DNA from: an uncultured Verrucomicrobiae bacterium
GTDB lineage: Bacteria > Verrucomicrobiota > Verrucomicrobiia > Chthoniobacterales > UBA10450
Assembly (NCBI GenBank): GCA_963735805.1
Contig: CAVTMK010000002.1
Location: 15,012 to 79,011 of the forward strand
Length of the DNA: 64,000 nucleotides
Direction of reading: 5' to 3'
The position numbers were made by a program, and so were the translations under genes. The notes beneath the pieces were generated by a model that had not been told where the DNA came from, did not search any database, and worked only from the letters and a program-made list of their open reading frames with translations. The first letter of the stretch is position 1. Each line of letters begins with the position of its first letter. Positions 63,334 through 64,000 of this stretch are shown here, piece after piece.

Positions 63334-64000
63334 CTATTCTTCCGATCGCGATTCAGCCGGTAAGATCGACAAGTCCAATTTCTCGGTGTGCCGGATGATA
63401 GTAAGCTTCGCGTTAACTCCAATTTGTTCGCTAACCAGAACCTTGTGCAGATGATGTACGCTCCCAATAGGCTGATCGTTGAACGCAACAATCAGGTCCC
63501 CCTCGTGCAATGCGGCGCGCTCTGCAGGACTATTCTTTTCGACCGAAACGACAAGGACACCCGTCTCAAGGGGTAAACTATAAAATCGGACGATTCTCCG
63601 GTGAAGCGGCACGTTCTGCCCTGCCACACCGATGTAACTGCGTCGGATCTTGCCCTCTTTGATCAGCCAGCCGGCTACAAATTTAGCGGTGTTACTGGCG
63701 ATTGCGAAACAGATACCTTGCGCCGGTCGAATCATCGCGGTGTTTACGCCCACCACTTCACCGGCTGAATTGACCAGGGGTCCGCCGGAGTTGCCCGGAT
63801 TCAAGGCCGCGTCGGTTTGGATAATGTTATCAATCAACCGGCCGGATTGCCCGTGCATCGAGCGGCCGAGCGCGCTGATTACGCCTGCTGTGACGCTCGC
63901 CTGGAAACCAAGGGGATTTCCAATCGCGATCACCAGCTGGCCAACACGCAAATGCTCCGAATCGGCCAGGCGCACGTGCGTAAGTTGAGGCGCATCGATT
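63334..64000 (-). CDS. HtrA/DegP-family serine protease with PDZ domain; 5' end outside the window
   Basis: VGQLVIAIGNPLGF, IQTDAALNPGNSGGPLVN (catalytic Ser) and a PDZ-like C-terminus (GVLVVSVEKNSPAERAALHEGDLIVAFN). The frame stays open to the window edge (IDAPQLTHVRLADSE). Confidence 0.87.
   Translation of the reverse strand, partial: IDAPQLTHVRLADSEHLRVGQLVIAIGNPLGFQASVTAGVISALGRSMHGQSGRLIDNIIQTDAALNPGNSGGPLVNSAGEVVGVNTAMIRPAQGICFAIASNTAKFVAGWLIKEGKIRRSYIGVAGQNVPLHRRIVRFYSLPLETGVLVVSVEKNSPAERAALHEGDLIVAFNDQPIGSVHHLHKVLVSEQIGVNAKLTIIRHTEKLDLSILPAESRSEE

Overview
64-kb chromosomal window, roughly mid-50s % GC by eye, from a Gram-negative bacterium. Protein styles suggest a PVC/Verrucomicrobiota-like soil organism, but that is a guess. 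All calls come from reading the ORF translations and the DNA; no database search was possible.

Layout:
(i) 0-6 kb, housekeeping: two divergent esterases, ubiX, a DUF374 acyltransferase-like gene, folD, a geranylgeranyl-reductase-type flavoprotein and an M50/CBS site-2 protease.
(ii) 6.0-9.1 kb, replication origin region: dnaN and dnaA on the minus strand, followed by weak DnaA-box-like 9-mers and an AT-rich block with a perfect tandem 12-mer.
(iii) 9.9-50.2 kb, almost exclusively plus-strand: a large stress/dormancy-type island. It holds 8 universal-stress-protein (USP) genes (13 USP domains; a 9th USP gene lies at 56.6 kb) and four P-type ATPases of four different subfamilies: a frameshifted IIIA H+ type, a IIIB MgtA-like type, a IIA Ca2+ type and a P1B-5-like TPCP type. 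It also holds PPK2, an MFS transporter, three cNMP-binding proteins (one fused to a PlsC-like acyltransferase), a PocR-AraC regulator, a CBS-pair protein, DUF2267, a Host_attach protein, an orphan ABC ATPase, a phosphoribosyltransferase, an erythromycin-esterase homolog, a polysaccharide deacetylase, an orphan REC domain, a Zn-ADH, a PfkB kinase, PpsA, a mini-GNAT and D-lactate dehydrogenase. Many junctions are 4-nt ATGA/GTGA overlaps.
(iv) 50.3-53.1 kb, minus strand: ATP-grasp ligase, YbdK/GCS2 carboxylate-amine ligase and two tiny Cys-rich/hydrophobic ORFs, divergent from glyoxalase I.
(v) 54-64 kb, housekeeping: DD-carboxypeptidase, tRNA-Thr(CGU), MBL hydrolase, tandem USP, TauE, ferredoxin, thiD, rnc, an S41-peptidase homolog whose catalytic dyad appears substituted, purD and a partial HtrA.

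No transposase, integrase, CRISPR array or recognisable defence genes were seen. The most interesting hypothesis is that the island matches the gene-family content of the actinobacterial DosR dormancy regulon, but with different, cNMP-based candidate regulators.
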